From: Candidatus Heimdallarchaeota archaeon
Lineage (GTDB): Archaea > Asgardarchaeota > Heimdallarchaeia > Heimdallarchaeales > Heimdallarchaeaceae
DNA: 64,000 nt
Direction: 5' to 3'
NCBI GenBank assembly: GCA_016840095.1
Contig: JAEOSZ010000111.1
Coordinates: 86,612 to 150,611, forward strand
Below are positions 7,468 to 16,972 of the stretch, piece by piece. The notes under the pieces were generated by a model that worked only from the letters and a program-made list of their open reading frames with translations, was not told the DNA's origin and did no database searches. Each line of letters begins with the position of its first letter. Positions within the stretch are counted from its first letter, which is position 1. The position numbers and the translations under genes are program-made.

Positions 7468-9735
7468 TTAAGAAAGAAAAGTTAGCTGTTTTAGAACGTT
7501 AAATAATTCATCGATTGGAAGCTTCTGTAATTTCTCATTTTCTCTTGTTTTTCTGTCTAATTCTTTAAGCAAAATACTGAACTCGTAGGCTGATTTAGAT
7601 AATTGTGCAAATGTTGAATCATATTGAGCAATTGATTGTAAATGATCACTAGCATCCTTTGCTGCCTTAGCACCATCGTTAAAGTGAGAAGCAGCTTTGT
7701 AATTTTCCTTATTTGTATTTGCACCAATTCCGAAAATTGCTTTTTTGGTTGCTTCAAGAAAATCAGTTAGAGCTAGCGATAGAATCTTCTTAATTTCTAT
7801 TGCACCCCAATTAATATTTGAATCTTGTAAATTAAACATCTCCTTGTGATTCAACAACTCCAAACAATTTTCTGCAATTCGTTTGTTGATTATATCAAAT
7901 AGTGCAAAATGATTGAAATTATGGTTGATTATGGCAAAATAATTTTCCTTGATAGAATCTTCTCCAGAAAGAGATAATCTATATCCTTTGGCAATTTTAT
8001 CGATTACTGTATTCAAAAACAAATATTGTCTTGATAGTTCAAACAACCGCAATTCTACATCTTGTCCTTGAATAAATGTTTGACTATACCTGTGCTCTAC
8101 CCACTCTTTATCAATAATTGATTCACTACTGAGTTGAGATATTTCAAGAGCCTTTGTAGAGTAATAATGAGCTTTTGCATGATATATTATATCCAAAACT
8201 TCGTTTGATTCTTTTTCTGCAAGATTTTGTTCTAAATACATAGAATTAGCTAAAAACTCCAAACACTCTATGTCTTTTACAATGTAAACTTTCTTTTCTG
8301 TTTTAGGAAGAAAGTATGCAGAAATTTTTACTGTTCCTATATTCTCTAACAGAGGTTGGATATCATCAAGTTTTATTTTAGTATCTGCTTTCTCTATTTC
8401 TATTAATTGTGTAGAAATATCATTGATTGCATATTCCAGTCTTTCAATAAAACGAACAAGATTCTGTTCTGCTTTTTTCATTGCTTCAGAGAGAGGAGTA
8501 TCTTCAAGAAGAGCAATTTTAAGTTCTTGAACAAAATTAAGATAAACAAAGGGGAGACTACTAACATAGTTGATATTTACTTTCAGATCTGGTCTGTTAA
8601 CAATTTCTTCAATTTCTTCAACAATACCTTGGATATTTTCCTTTTTGTTATCTGTTATAGTACTGTTCAACAAAGAGGTTTTAGCAGCCAGTTCTGCAAT
8701 TCCATGAAAGAAGCTATGTACTGTTTGATCTTTCTTTATACCTTCTTTCAGAGCTAAGGTCCTTTCGGTCATTTCTACATTAGAATCTAAGATTGTTAGT
8801 GCCTCTCCTTCAAGTCCCAAAACTAAGTTCAAGTACTCTACACTTGCAATAAAACTATTACTTTTAGCTGCTTCAAAGCTCAATCTTAAATAATGATCTA
8901 TAAGTTCCTTGTTTCTTTGAGCTTGGTTTAAAGAGATGTGGCTAGTTTCAATTTCTTTTCCTTTTAATTCTGGATCTTCAGGAATTTGCTTATAATAATC
9001 TAGTGCGGTTTCAAGGTGACTTAAGCTTCTCTCAAATGCAAAATGAGTGGCTACTGAATCTTTCCACCACCAATCTTCTCCTAATCGTTTTAGAAATTGT
9101 GCAGTGAATGATACATCAAATTCTGCCATAATTAGTTCATAAGCACCTTTTTCCTCAATTAATTTCTCTTCACTATAACCGTTTGGTGATTCTTCTAGTA
9201 GATGAATAATCTGTTGTTTTTGATTAAGCAAAAGGAAAGTTAGCATCACTTCTTCAATATTTGAAGCTCTTGGATGAGAGGAGTCAAAATAGGTTTGTGA
9301 AATAGTGTTGAGTATTCTATATCCTTCGATATATGCAGTACAATATTCAGGTGATGGTTGAGTTCCAAAAATTCCTGTATTTACAATATCTGCATAAATG
9401 ATCATTAGAATTGCTAGTTCCATTTGAAACTCTTGTAAATCTTCTAATTTTTGAGTAATTATGCCTTTTCTCTCCTCATCTGCATCTATTTGTACTCTGT
9501 CTCTTGTCCATTCATCCAGAAAACGACTATAGAGAAGATGAGATAATGAAGAAACATTCGAAAGAGTATCAGCACAGAATCGCGAAAAATCTAACCAAAC
9601 TTGACTAATTTCATCCAAATCATCAATTTGTACAAAAGATTGGTAAATTCTTTCACGTTCTAATTCCATTAATACAAACTGCTTGAATGGTGAATCACTA
9701 AGTAGCTTGACTATCTCTTTCGAAAATAACATCAT
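7468..9735 (-). CDS. Hypothetical alpha-helical protein (755 aa)
   Basis: Long ORF with helical, E/L/I-rich composition; no recognised motif. Confidence 0.7.
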   Translation of the reverse strand: MMLFSKEIVKLLSDSPFKQFVLMELERERIYQSFVQIDDLDEISQVWLDFSRFCADTLSNVSSLSHLLYSRFLDEWTRDRVQIDADEERKGIITQKLEDLQEFQMELAILMIIYADIVNTGIFGTQPSPEYCTAYIEGYRILNTISQTYFDSSHPRASNIEEVMLTFLLLNQKQQIIHLLEESPNGYSEEKLIEEKGAYELIMAEFDVSFTAQFLKRLGEDWWWKDSVATHFAFERSLSHLETALDYYKQIPEDPELKGKEIETSHISLNQAQRNKELIDHYLRLSFEAAKSNSFIASVEYLNLVLGLEGEALTILDSNVEMTERTLALKEGIKKDQTVHSFFHGIAELAAKTSLLNSTITDNKKENIQGIVEEIEEIVNRPDLKVNINYVSSLPFVYLNFVQELKIALLEDTPLSEAMKKAEQNLVRFIERLEYAINDISTQLIEIEKADTKIKLDDIQPLLENIGTVKISAYFLPKTEKKVYIVKDIECLEFLANSMYLEQNLAEKESNEVLDIIYHAKAHYYSTKALEISQLSSESIIDKEWVEHRYSQTFIQGQDVELRLFELSRQYLFLNTVIDKIAKGYRLSLSGEDSIKENYFAIINHNFNHFALFDIINKRIAENCLELLNHKEMFNLQDSNINWGAIEIKKILSLALTDFLEATKKAIFGIGANTNKENYKAASHFNDGAKAAKDASDHLQSIAQYDSTFAQLSKSAYEFSILLKELDRKTRENEKLQKLPIDELFNVLKQLTFLS

Positions 9736-9812
9736 TTATTGTTTCGCTGAATAGTAAAAAAACGTTTTGTAACTCTCTATTACAGCTAATGATGAAAAAG
9801 ACTGTTTTCTTA

Positions 9813-10079
9813 CTAAGAATTAGTCTTCTCTTCTTTACCTTCTTTGTACCATTCTGGTTCTCTTAGCTCTCCAAGATTTTTATTAAACTCCTGAACAAGT
9901 TTTCTAGCTTGAGAATTTGTTTCAACAGCTATTTTTTCTACTTTACTAAGATTGATTCTATGTTCACAGTATGGACACATTTTAGTTTTTTGAGTTGCTT
10001 TACAATAACTAAACTTCCCACAAGAAATTTTGATGCAGCGTATAACATAATATTCATTTCTAATACTATTACTCTCCAA
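9813..10079 (-). CDS. DUF1922-like zinc-ribbon protein
   Basis: YYVIRC...CGKFSY...KTKMCPYCEHRINL...ARKLVQEFN. Confidence 0.7.
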   Translation of the reverse strand: MESNSIRNEYYVIRCIKISCGKFSYCKATQKTKMCPYCEHRINLSKVEKIAVETNSQARKLVQEFNKNLGELREPEWYKEGKEEKTNS

Positions 10080-10491
10080 CTATTGTGACTGCAACTCTTC
10101 GAGATCTAGGTCTAACATCTAAGCAAACAAACACTGGTTGTTGCCATGTACCTAATTGTAATTTTCCATCTATTATTGATATCGAGATGCTTGGTCCAAT
10201 TAAAGATGCTCGAAGATGGGAATGTGCATTAGAATCAATAAAATCATGTTTATAGCCAGCTCCTTTTGGAATTAACTTGTGAAGTATTTGTTTAAAGTCA
10301 TCTAAGACACCACTCTCATATTCTATTGTTGTTAAGGCACCAGTGGATCCTATAGTATTTGCTGATAGAACTCCGTTTTTCACTGCTGATTTTGCAACTA
10401 TTGAACTGAGCTCTCTTGTTAAATCAATGATATCGATTTCACCGTTTGTATTGAACTGAATAACCTTTGAGAGAACCTGCATTCTGAACAC
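10069..10491 (-). CDS. YjbQ/UPF0047 family protein
   Basis: IIDLT, GSTGALTTIEYE, NAHSHLRASLIGPS, LGTWQ, RSRRV. Confidence 0.92.
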   Translation of the reverse strand: MFRMQVLSKVIQFNTNGEIDIIDLTRELSSIVAKSAVKNGVLSANTIGSTGALTTIEYESGVLDDFKQILHKLIPKGAGYKHDFIDSNAHSHLRASLIGPSISISIIDGKLQLGTWQQPVFVCLDVRPRSRRVAVTIVGE

Positions 10492-10617
10492 CTTGTTAAT
10501 CTATGTCTTATCTATGTGATGTTTGTTAAAAATCAATCGGTAACAGAATTACTTTATCTATTGTGAAGACTTCCAAAAGAAATAAGAATTAGATTCGCAC
10601 AATAGTTTTAGAGAAAC

Positions 10618-11322
10618 ATGTCAGACTCAGAAATAAAAATGAATATTCTGATTGAAGAAGCAAATGCAAATTACAAAGCAAACAGATACAAAGATGCTGC
10701 AAGAACATTTGAACATCTTATTACTTTAGCTATTCAAAACAATGAACTTGAAGAAGCTATATATTTTGCATATAGAGCAGCTGATTGCTGGAGGAAGAAC
10801 AATAACACTATGAATAGAGCAGTTATTTTTAGAGATATAGGAAATATGGCATGTAATTTTAGTGTTCAAATCATAGAAGCTTATTTATCAAAACTAAAGG
10901 ATTTGGAGGAGAAAGCCAAAGCTCTTGAAATTGCTGGTGACTGTTTATTGGGAAGGGACACAAAACTTGCTAAAGAAAGATATAATGAAAGCATTGATAT
11001 CTATAATCAACTTGCAGAAAAGGATAAAGATTCAAACAAAAAGGTTCAGTTCTTAAGAGATGCCTTGGAAGTTACTATAAAACTTGATAACGCAAAAGCA
11101 AAGAAAGAACTAATGATAAGAATTGCGAACACTCATATTTCACTATCAGAGGATGAAATGAAGAAAGACACACCTGAAGGAATACAAGTAGCTTTAAGAT
11201 CCTATGAAGATGCCCTTGAGATGTTTAAAGAACTAAAAATGAAAGAAGATACTCAAGTAATCACAAAGAAAATAGCGGAATTAAAGAAGAAAGTAGAAGA
11301 ATACGACCCATTTGCAACCTAG
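10618..11322 (+). CDS. Helical-repeat (TPR / alpha-SNAP-like) protein
   Basis: Repeated helices YKDAARTF, AYRAADCWRK, AKALEIAGDCLLGRDTKLAKERYNESIDIY. Confidence 0.6.
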   Translation: MSDSEIKMNILIEEANANYKANRYKDAARTFEHLITLAIQNNELEEAIYFAYRAADCWRKNNNTMNRAVIFRDIGNMACNFSVQIIEAYLSKLKDLEEKAKALEIAGDCLLGRDTKLAKERYNESIDIYNQLAEKDKDSNKKVQFLRDALEVTIKLDNAKAKKELMIRIANTHISLSEDEMKKDTPEGIQVALRSYEDALEMFKELKMKEDTQVITKKIAELKKKVEEYDPFAT

Positions 11323-11382
11323 ATTATATTCTCTTTGCAGAAATTTAGTGTTAATAACAATAGTATTTTTATTTCAGATAAC

Positions 11383-11394
11383 AAAAATATAAAA
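11383..11394 (+). promoter_or_regulatory. Putative BRE/TATA promoter of tRNA-Arg(CCT)
   Basis: AAAAATATAAAA about 30-40 nt upstream of the tRNA; a near-identical AAAAATATAAAG lies upstream of tRNA-Arg(GCG) at 34831-34842. Confidence 0.4.
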
Positions 11395-11422
11395 GAGTAA
11401 GATATTTAAACAAAAACAATCT

Positions 11423-11499
11423 GATCCCGTAGCTCAGTTGGATAGAGCGTTTGCCTCCTAAGCAAATGGTCGTGCGTTCGAATCGCATCGGGATCGCCA
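11423..11499 (+). tRNA. tRNA-Arg(CCT), CCA encoded
   Basis: Acceptor GATCCCG/CGGGATC; D arm GCTC/GAGC; anticodon stem TTTGC/GCAAA with loop CT-CCT-AA; T loop TTCGAAT; G73-CCA. Confidence 0.97.
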
Positions 11500-11526
11500 A
11501 TCTTCTATTAAATTCCACCTAAAAAA

Positions 11527-12078
11527 GTGGTAGAAATGAAACAATCTGTCTCAGTACAAATTCCAGTTTATATTAGTAACTTCAAAACATGTAATCCAAA
11601 AATCTGTACTGCAGTCAGAGTGCTAAAATTCAAGAAAGCTAAACCTATTTTAATAGAACAGATTAATCCAAAACATATTGTTTTAACTCCTTTTGCAGAA
11701 TATGCTTTATCTCCTATAGATAGGGAAAGAGCTAAGATTCATGGTTTAGTTGGTGTAGATTGTTCGTGGAATGATATAGAGGGGGGAAGAAAAGCTTTAG
11801 ACAAAGGAACTGGTCGAGCTTTACCGTTTCTTATCGCTGCTAATCCCAATAATTATGGAACCCCTTCTAAACTCAGCACTCTTGAAGCTGTGGCATCAGC
11901 TTTGTATATACTAGGTTCAGAAAAGCAAAGTAGAGCTATGTTGTCTTTGGTAAGCTGGGGAAATGAATTCCATAAAATTAACGAAGACTATTTGAAAAAG
12001 TACTCTGAAGCGAACGATAGTAGTGATGTTATTAAAATACAGAAAAAGATAATGGATAAACTATATAATGAGAAATAA
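11527..12078 (+). CDS. tsr3: rRNA aminocarboxypropyltransferase Tsr3 (DUF367)
   Basis: CNPKICT, LTPFA..LSP.D, VDCSW, RALPFLIAANPNNYG.P.KLSTLEA, SWG.EF..IN. Confidence 0.92.
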   Translation: MVEMKQSVSVQIPVYISNFKTCNPKICTAVRVLKFKKAKPILIEQINPKHIVLTPFAEYALSPIDRERAKIHGLVGVDCSWNDIEGGRKALDKGTGRALPFLIAANPNNYGTPSKLSTLEAVASALYILGSEKQSRAMLSLVSWGNEFHKINEDYLKKYSEANDSSDVIKIQKKIMDKLYNEK

Positions 12079-12144
12079 ACAGCTTTTCTAGAAAATGTTC
12101 AGTTACAGAATTTTTTTTAATATGTGATTTCATTGAAGAGTGAT

Positions 12145-13266
12145 ATGAAAATAGGAATTAACTGCTTTCCAACTGTGGGCGGTTCAGGTATTGTTGCAAC
12201 ACAACTAGCTATCGAACTTGCCAAAAAAGGTCATGATATCCATCTTATTAGTTACGACACCCCATTTTTACTAAGGACTTTTAGACACCCCAATATTACT
12301 CTAGATTTGGTTGACATTATTTCCTATCCCTTGTTTAAAGATATTGGAGCTCCTTATACAATTTTAGCTGGTTCAAAATTGGCAAAAATCGCAGAAAAAT
12401 CTGATCTTGATTTACTTCATATACACTATGCTATTCCTACGGGAGTATCTGCATATCTTGCAAAACAGATTTCTAATGTGCCTGTTGCAATTACTGCTCA
12501 TGGTTCAGATATACATACACTAGGAATAGATCCAGCCTACAATCCTGTTATATCACATGTTTTTGATAACATTGATGGTTTGTCAACTGTATCAGAATAC
12601 ATGAAAAGGGAGATGGAAGAAAAATTTTCGCATAGTAAGGACATCGAGGTTTTATACAATCCTATTGATATTGAGAAGTACAAAAGAATAGATACTAAGC
12701 TTTGTGATTTTAGAATACAATATGAGAATAATTTTGTACATGTTTCAAACTTCAGACCTGTAAAAAATGCTCCATTTATCGTTGAATCATTTGCTGAAGT
12801 TGTAAAAGAACATCCTGATACAGGTTTAATTATGGTTGGAGAAGGACCTGAGAGAAAGAAATGTGAAGAACTGGCAAACAAATTAAATATCAGAGATAAT
12901 GTTATATTCCAAGGAGTAAGGGTTTCAATCACTCCAATCTATAACTGTGCTTCAGCTCTAATATCTGCCAGTAGCAATGAGAGTTTTGGTTTAACTTTAG
13001 CAGAAGCAATGTCTTGTGAAACTCCAGTTATTGCACCTAAAGTAGGTGGAATTCCAGAAGTAATAGACCATGAAATTAATGGCTATGTCTACGAATTAGG
13101 AAACAATGAAATGTTAACAAAATATATGCTAGAATTGCTAGAAGATTCCCGAAAAGTAAGAGAGATGGGTGCTAAAGGTAGACAAAAAGTTGTAGAAAAA
13201 TTTGAAGCAAGTAAAATTGCAGATAGATATGTTAATTGGTACGAAAGAATTCTTGAAGAACTATAA
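12145..13266 (+). CDS. bshA: N-acetyl-alpha-D-glucosaminyl L-malate synthase BshA (GT4)
   Basis: MKIGINCFPTVGGSGIVATQLA, LLHIHYAIP, TAHGSDI, HVSNFRPVK and ESFGL..AEAM match BshA-specific motifs; convergent with bshC. Confidence 0.85.
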   Translation: MKIGINCFPTVGGSGIVATQLAIELAKKGHDIHLISYDTPFLLRTFRHPNITLDLVDIISYPLFKDIGAPYTILAGSKLAKIAEKSDLDLLHIHYAIPTGVSAYLAKQISNVPVAITAHGSDIHTLGIDPAYNPVISHVFDNIDGLSTVSEYMKREMEEKFSHSKDIEVLYNPIDIEKYKRIDTKLCDFRIQYENNFVHVSNFRPVKNAPFIVESFAEVVKEHPDTGLIMVGEGPERKKCEELANKLNIRDNVIFQGVRVSITPIYNCASALISASSNESFGLTLAEAMSCETPVIAPKVGGIPEVIDHEINGYVYELGNNEMLTKYMLELLEDSRKVREMGAKGRQKVVEKFEASKIADRYVNWYERILEEL

Positions 13267-14883
13267 TCGAGCATTAATATATCCAATTCCTCCTATTGGA
13301 GAATCTTCAGAATAGTAGCGTCGATATGATGCTAAATAATCACTTAAACCTGTTACACTTGCCATGATGAACCAAGGCCAACTTACTTCTTGCCATTTGT
13401 GATTATCATCATACATTCCAAACTGCCAAGATTTGTATTTCTCAATATTACTATTTTGTTTATCGGAGATTTTTGTTATTTCTAACATTTTTGCTTCAAT
13501 AATCTTTGCAAGATTACTAGATTCAGCTGTCAATTGTTCTTGTTCTCCCTTCCTTCTAGCTTTGGCTAATCGTCCTAAAGTTTTAAAGAAATCTCCTGCA
13601 AAAAGAGATAAAGTCTCATCTCCAAGCTCTTGATTTAGATTTTCAATCCATGGAGTATTATATAACATTCTTGTATATTTTACATATATTGGAAACTGAA
13701 GGCCTATTTTTCTAGTTGCTGGAATTACTTGAGCATTGTAGTTTATCTCTCCTGGACCAGAAACTCTGATGTATACTGGCATTATAGATTGAAGCAGAGC
13801 TTGATTAGTATCTAATCGAGGTACTAATCTCAATGGAAGATTAGATAGATCAATGTTTTTTTTATCCACGACAAAAGAGTAGACTGTTTTATCGTTTGGA
13901 CATATCCCAGTGAAGTAAAGTGAGTCTTCCTTATCTTTGCAAGATAATTGAATCCTGTGACCATCTTTTGGACTCTCATAAAAGAAAGGAGCGTAATCTT
14001 CATCTTTCTTTGCAGTTGTAAACTGATATCCCAATTTTTCAATTGCTTCTGTAGCTTTATTAAATTCTTCAATATATTCAGTTCGTTTTTTGATAAAGGG
14101 TCTGTATCCATCAACTGATAGTTTCCTTATCTCTGGATGAGATGAAGGAAAGAAAACAACACCCCAATCATTGAAGATATTGGCTTGGATTCCCCAGAGT
14201 AAAGTTATCCATTCTCCTATATCTTTGGAAGATCTATAAGTTTCTCTAATGAAAGTGAGAATATGGTCTACTTTTTCTGTGAAAACCTTCTGAGAGGTTT
14301 TATCCAGGGAGGTTCTAAACTCGTTAAAGATATTTCTAATAATAGAAAGATTTTCTTCAAGCCATAAATATTCATTTGAAGCAATTTTGCTAGAAACTAA
14401 ACCATCAATTGCACTAGTTAACGAAATTGGTTTGCTTGCAGATGATTGATTATTGGGAAGATGAATGGTAGTGATTTCAGGTTGAATACTATCATGAGTA
14501 TTAACTAAGAACATAGGAACTAAGTAATGATTTTTCATTTTACTAACATCTGAGATTGCAGCAACTGTAGCAATTTTATTCCCAATTATACCTGAACCCC
14601 CAAAAATTGTAGCTTGTTGTCCCCCTAAAACTACTCCTTTGTGAATTAAATCAATATTGGCTTCAACTTTTGATGTCAGTAAACCCAAATCTTGGTGATA
14701 ATTTTTGAGTACACGTTTCAACTCTTCTATCTTATTGGAATCAATTGTAATTTTAGGCAATTCTTTAGCTACCTGAATTGAGTCTGAAATTGTTCGAGGA
14801 ACGTTTCCATAGAAATACTTGATATCTGATTTATTTGATCCATCATTAACGAATTTTTCGTACATATCGCCTATAGTTCCCAT
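13261..14883 (-). CDS. bshC: Bacillithiol biosynthesis BshC-like cysteine-adding enzyme
   Basis: VVLGGQQATIFGG...NK, VPMF..THD, APFFY, LLQSIMP, VSGPGEINYNAQ (compare BshC TGQQ...GGPGEIAY); 540 aa; overlaps the bshA stop region. Confidence 0.78.
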   Translation of the reverse strand: MGTIGDMYEKFVNDGSNKSDIKYFYGNVPRTISDSIQVAKELPKITIDSNKIEELKRVLKNYHQDLGLLTSKVEANIDLIHKGVVLGGQQATIFGGSGIIGNKIATVAAISDVSKMKNHYLVPMFLVNTHDSIQPEITTIHLPNNQSSASKPISLTSAIDGLVSSKIASNEYLWLEENLSIIRNIFNEFRTSLDKTSQKVFTEKVDHILTFIRETYRSSKDIGEWITLLWGIQANIFNDWGVVFFPSSHPEIRKLSVDGYRPFIKKRTEYIEEFNKATEAIEKLGYQFTTAKKDEDYAPFFYESPKDGHRIQLSCKDKEDSLYFTGICPNDKTVYSFVVDKKNIDLSNLPLRLVPRLDTNQALLQSIMPVYIRVSGPGEINYNAQVIPATRKIGLQFPIYVKYTRMLYNTPWIENLNQELGDETLSLFAGDFFKTLGRLAKARRKGEQEQLTAESSNLAKIIEAKMLEITKISDKQNSNIEKYKSWQFGMYDDNHKWQEVSWPWFIMASVTGLSDYLASYRRYYSEDSPIGGIGYINARL

Positions 14884-14964
14884 ATTTTAGAGTAAAATTG
14901 TATCTTCTTAATAATTTTTATATGACTTATCTTTTAACTAGTTATAGCTAACAGGTGATAGAAA

Positions 14965-15327
14965 ATGGTTGGAAATCATAATTTTGCTCATATAGAATTA
15001 CCAGTAGATGACGTTTCAAAGGCAAAAGAGTTCTATGAAAAAGTCTTTGATTGGGAAGTTACTATAGAAACAGGATTTGAAGACTATGCCTTCTTCAGAG
15101 AAAGTGAAGATGGAATAGGAGGAGCTTTTCAGAAAGCAGAAAAAATGCTTAATGAAGAAATGATTATTTACATCTCAACTGATGATATTGGAAAGACCTT
15201 CGAAAAGATTATAGCTGCTGGTGGAGAAATAATTCAAGAAAAAACTAAGATTTCAGATGAATATGGGTTTTATGGTAAATTCAAAGATTCTTGTGGGAAT
15301 ATACTGGGATTATGGACTCGAAATTAG
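14965..15327 (+). CDS. VOC/glyoxalase family protein
   Basis: AHIELPVDDVSKAKEFYEKVFDW, IIAAGGEI, FKDSCGNILGLW. Confidence 0.9.
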   Translation: MVGNHNFAHIELPVDDVSKAKEFYEKVFDWEVTIETGFEDYAFFRESEDGIGGAFQKAEKMLNEEMIIYISTDDIGKTFEKIIAAGGEIIQEKTKISDEYGFYGKFKDSCGNILGLWTRN

Positions 15328-15562
15328 TTTTGACTGCCTTAAATTGCAACAATTTATTTGCATTAGTAGCTCTGAGAAACAATAATCTATTGCTATTTTT
15401 TTTCTAGATGCCGACATAAACCTAACTACCTATTTTTTCTTCAGTTTTTATCTAAAGAATTAACTAATTATTACTTATTTCATGTTGATTCTTACACAAA
15501 TTTTTTAAATATAGAATTCTTAATGAAACAACAAGAAACAATTCTAAAGGTGAAAACAAGAA

Positions 15563-15727
15563 ATGGCTAAAGAATGCCCCAAATGTCACAGTAAGAGTCT
15601 GAAAGAAGTGGAGGACAAATCTAAACCAATTGCGTATTTCGGACATCAACCAATCTACAAGAAGAAAATTGTCTGCAAAGACTGCACATATGAATGGTTC
15701 GATGAAGGCGGCGCAGAGGCTGGATAA
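15563..15727 (+). CDS. Small zinc-ribbon protein (54 aa; below the ORF-track cutoff)
   Basis: MAKECPKCHSKSLKEVEDKSKPIAYFGHQPIYKKKIVCKDCTYEWFDEGGAEAG*; AGGTGA SD upstream; pyrimidine-rich tract downstream. Confidence 0.8.
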   Translation: MAKECPKCHSKSLKEVEDKSKPIAYFGHQPIYKKKIVCKDCTYEWFDEGGAEAG

Positions 15728-15815
15728 CCTTCTCTGTTCTATTTTCTTTCTCTTTCCCTTACAAAATGAAATCTAGATATTATTTCTCTTCTGTACTCCC
15801 AGTAGGGATTCTCTG

Positions 15816-16970
15816 ATGAAATTTAAAACAATCATTCGCAAGTATCTCTTCCGTTTTTTAGTAATTGCCATTATGGTTGGAACTTTGTTATATTTCTTCT
15901 TAACTTTAGATGTTAAGGGTTCATTTGTGCTCTATAAATCTGTAACAGTTTATCTTCTACTATTAGCTCTTCTTTTTATGATTATTAGTGCAATAGTCAA
16001 AGCTTATAGGTTTTACATATTAGTTAAACCTTCATCTCCTGATCTCAAATTTATCAAATTTCTATTACCTTATTTTGTTGGATATGGTTTTAGCGTTCTA
16101 GGACCTTTTAAAACTGGAGAAATAGCAAGTGTTGAGATAAACAAAAGATCACTAGATGTTCCTCGATCTTCTTCCTTGGCAGCTTTAGCACTTTTCAGAA
16201 TAGTAGATATGTTTGTTGTTCTGGTTTTTTTCATAGTTGCACTTGGTACAACTGTTCCTCAGATAATTACTAACATTGAACAAAAAAGTGCATTACTTCA
16301 AGCTCAGTCATCGGTTTATTACATAAAACAAAAAATCCCTATCTGGGAATTTTTATCTTCTGGTTTAACTGGAAATCTTCAGCTAGCAATTCAAATTGTC
16401 TTTTACATAGCGATTATAGCAACAATAGTTCTTACTTTTATTTTGTTCTTTCCTCCAGTTGGGAGATTTGTGCTGAAAATTATTATCAAAGTCACTGGTA
16501 AAATATCACTTAAAGGTAAAATATGGTTGGAAACCAAAGTTGTCAAAGCTTTGGATGAGTATTATGATTCGCTTAAGCTTCTCTATACGAAGAAAATAAT
16601 TGCTATTTTAGTTATTATTACAACTGTATTTAGATGGATAATAGAGTTTTATTCACTAAAATTCACACTCATGGCTTTTGGTGGAGATATATCTTTAGTA
16701 AATTCTGCATCAGTAACATCAATTACACTACTAGTTGGTTTACTAACTTTCGTTCCAGCAGGTTTGGGAACTGGTACAGTAACTACTCAATCTCTGTTCA
16801 AAGGACTGGATATCTCCTCAACAGTTGCTGGAGCTACAATAATATTTCAAACCCTTATTGGAACAGGTCTTACACTTTCGATTGCAGCAGTATCCTCCTT
16901 TTTCTTAAAGGAGAAAAAAGAGGAGATAAATGATGAAATAAGTGAAGTAATATCAGAAGAGAATGAGTAA
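15816..16970 (+). CDS. Lysylphosphatidylglycerol-synthase TM-domain / UPF0104 flippase-like membrane protein
   Basis: Multiple TM helices; KAYRF, PFKTGEI, FRIVD, VPAGLG. Confidence 0.8.
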   Translation: MKFKTIIRKYLFRFLVIAIMVGTLLYFFLTLDVKGSFVLYKSVTVYLLLLALLFMIISAIVKAYRFYILVKPSSPDLKFIKFLLPYFVGYGFSVLGPFKTGEIASVEINKRSLDVPRSSSLAALALFRIVDMFVVLVFFIVALGTTVPQIITNIEQKSALLQAQSSVYYIKQKIPIWEFLSSGLTGNLQLAIQIVFYIAIIATIVLTFILFFPPVGRFVLKIIIKVTGKISLKGKIWLETKVVKALDEYYDSLKLLYTKKIIAILVIITTVFRWIIEFYSLKFTLMAFGGDISLVNSASVTSITLLVGLLTFVPAGLGTGTVTTQSLFKGLDISSTVAGATIIFQTLIGTGLTLSIAAVSSFFLKEKKEEINDEISEVISEENE

Positions 16971-16972
16971 AA

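Noticed and set aside
15464-15649. 61-aa minus-strand ORF
   Set aside because: It is antisense to the better-supported zinc-ribbon gene at 15563-15727.
15563-15727. Possible ribosomal protein (eL40/eS27-type) or Rpo12
   Set aside because: Cys spacing and composition do not match those families, so it is kept as an unassigned zinc ribbon.
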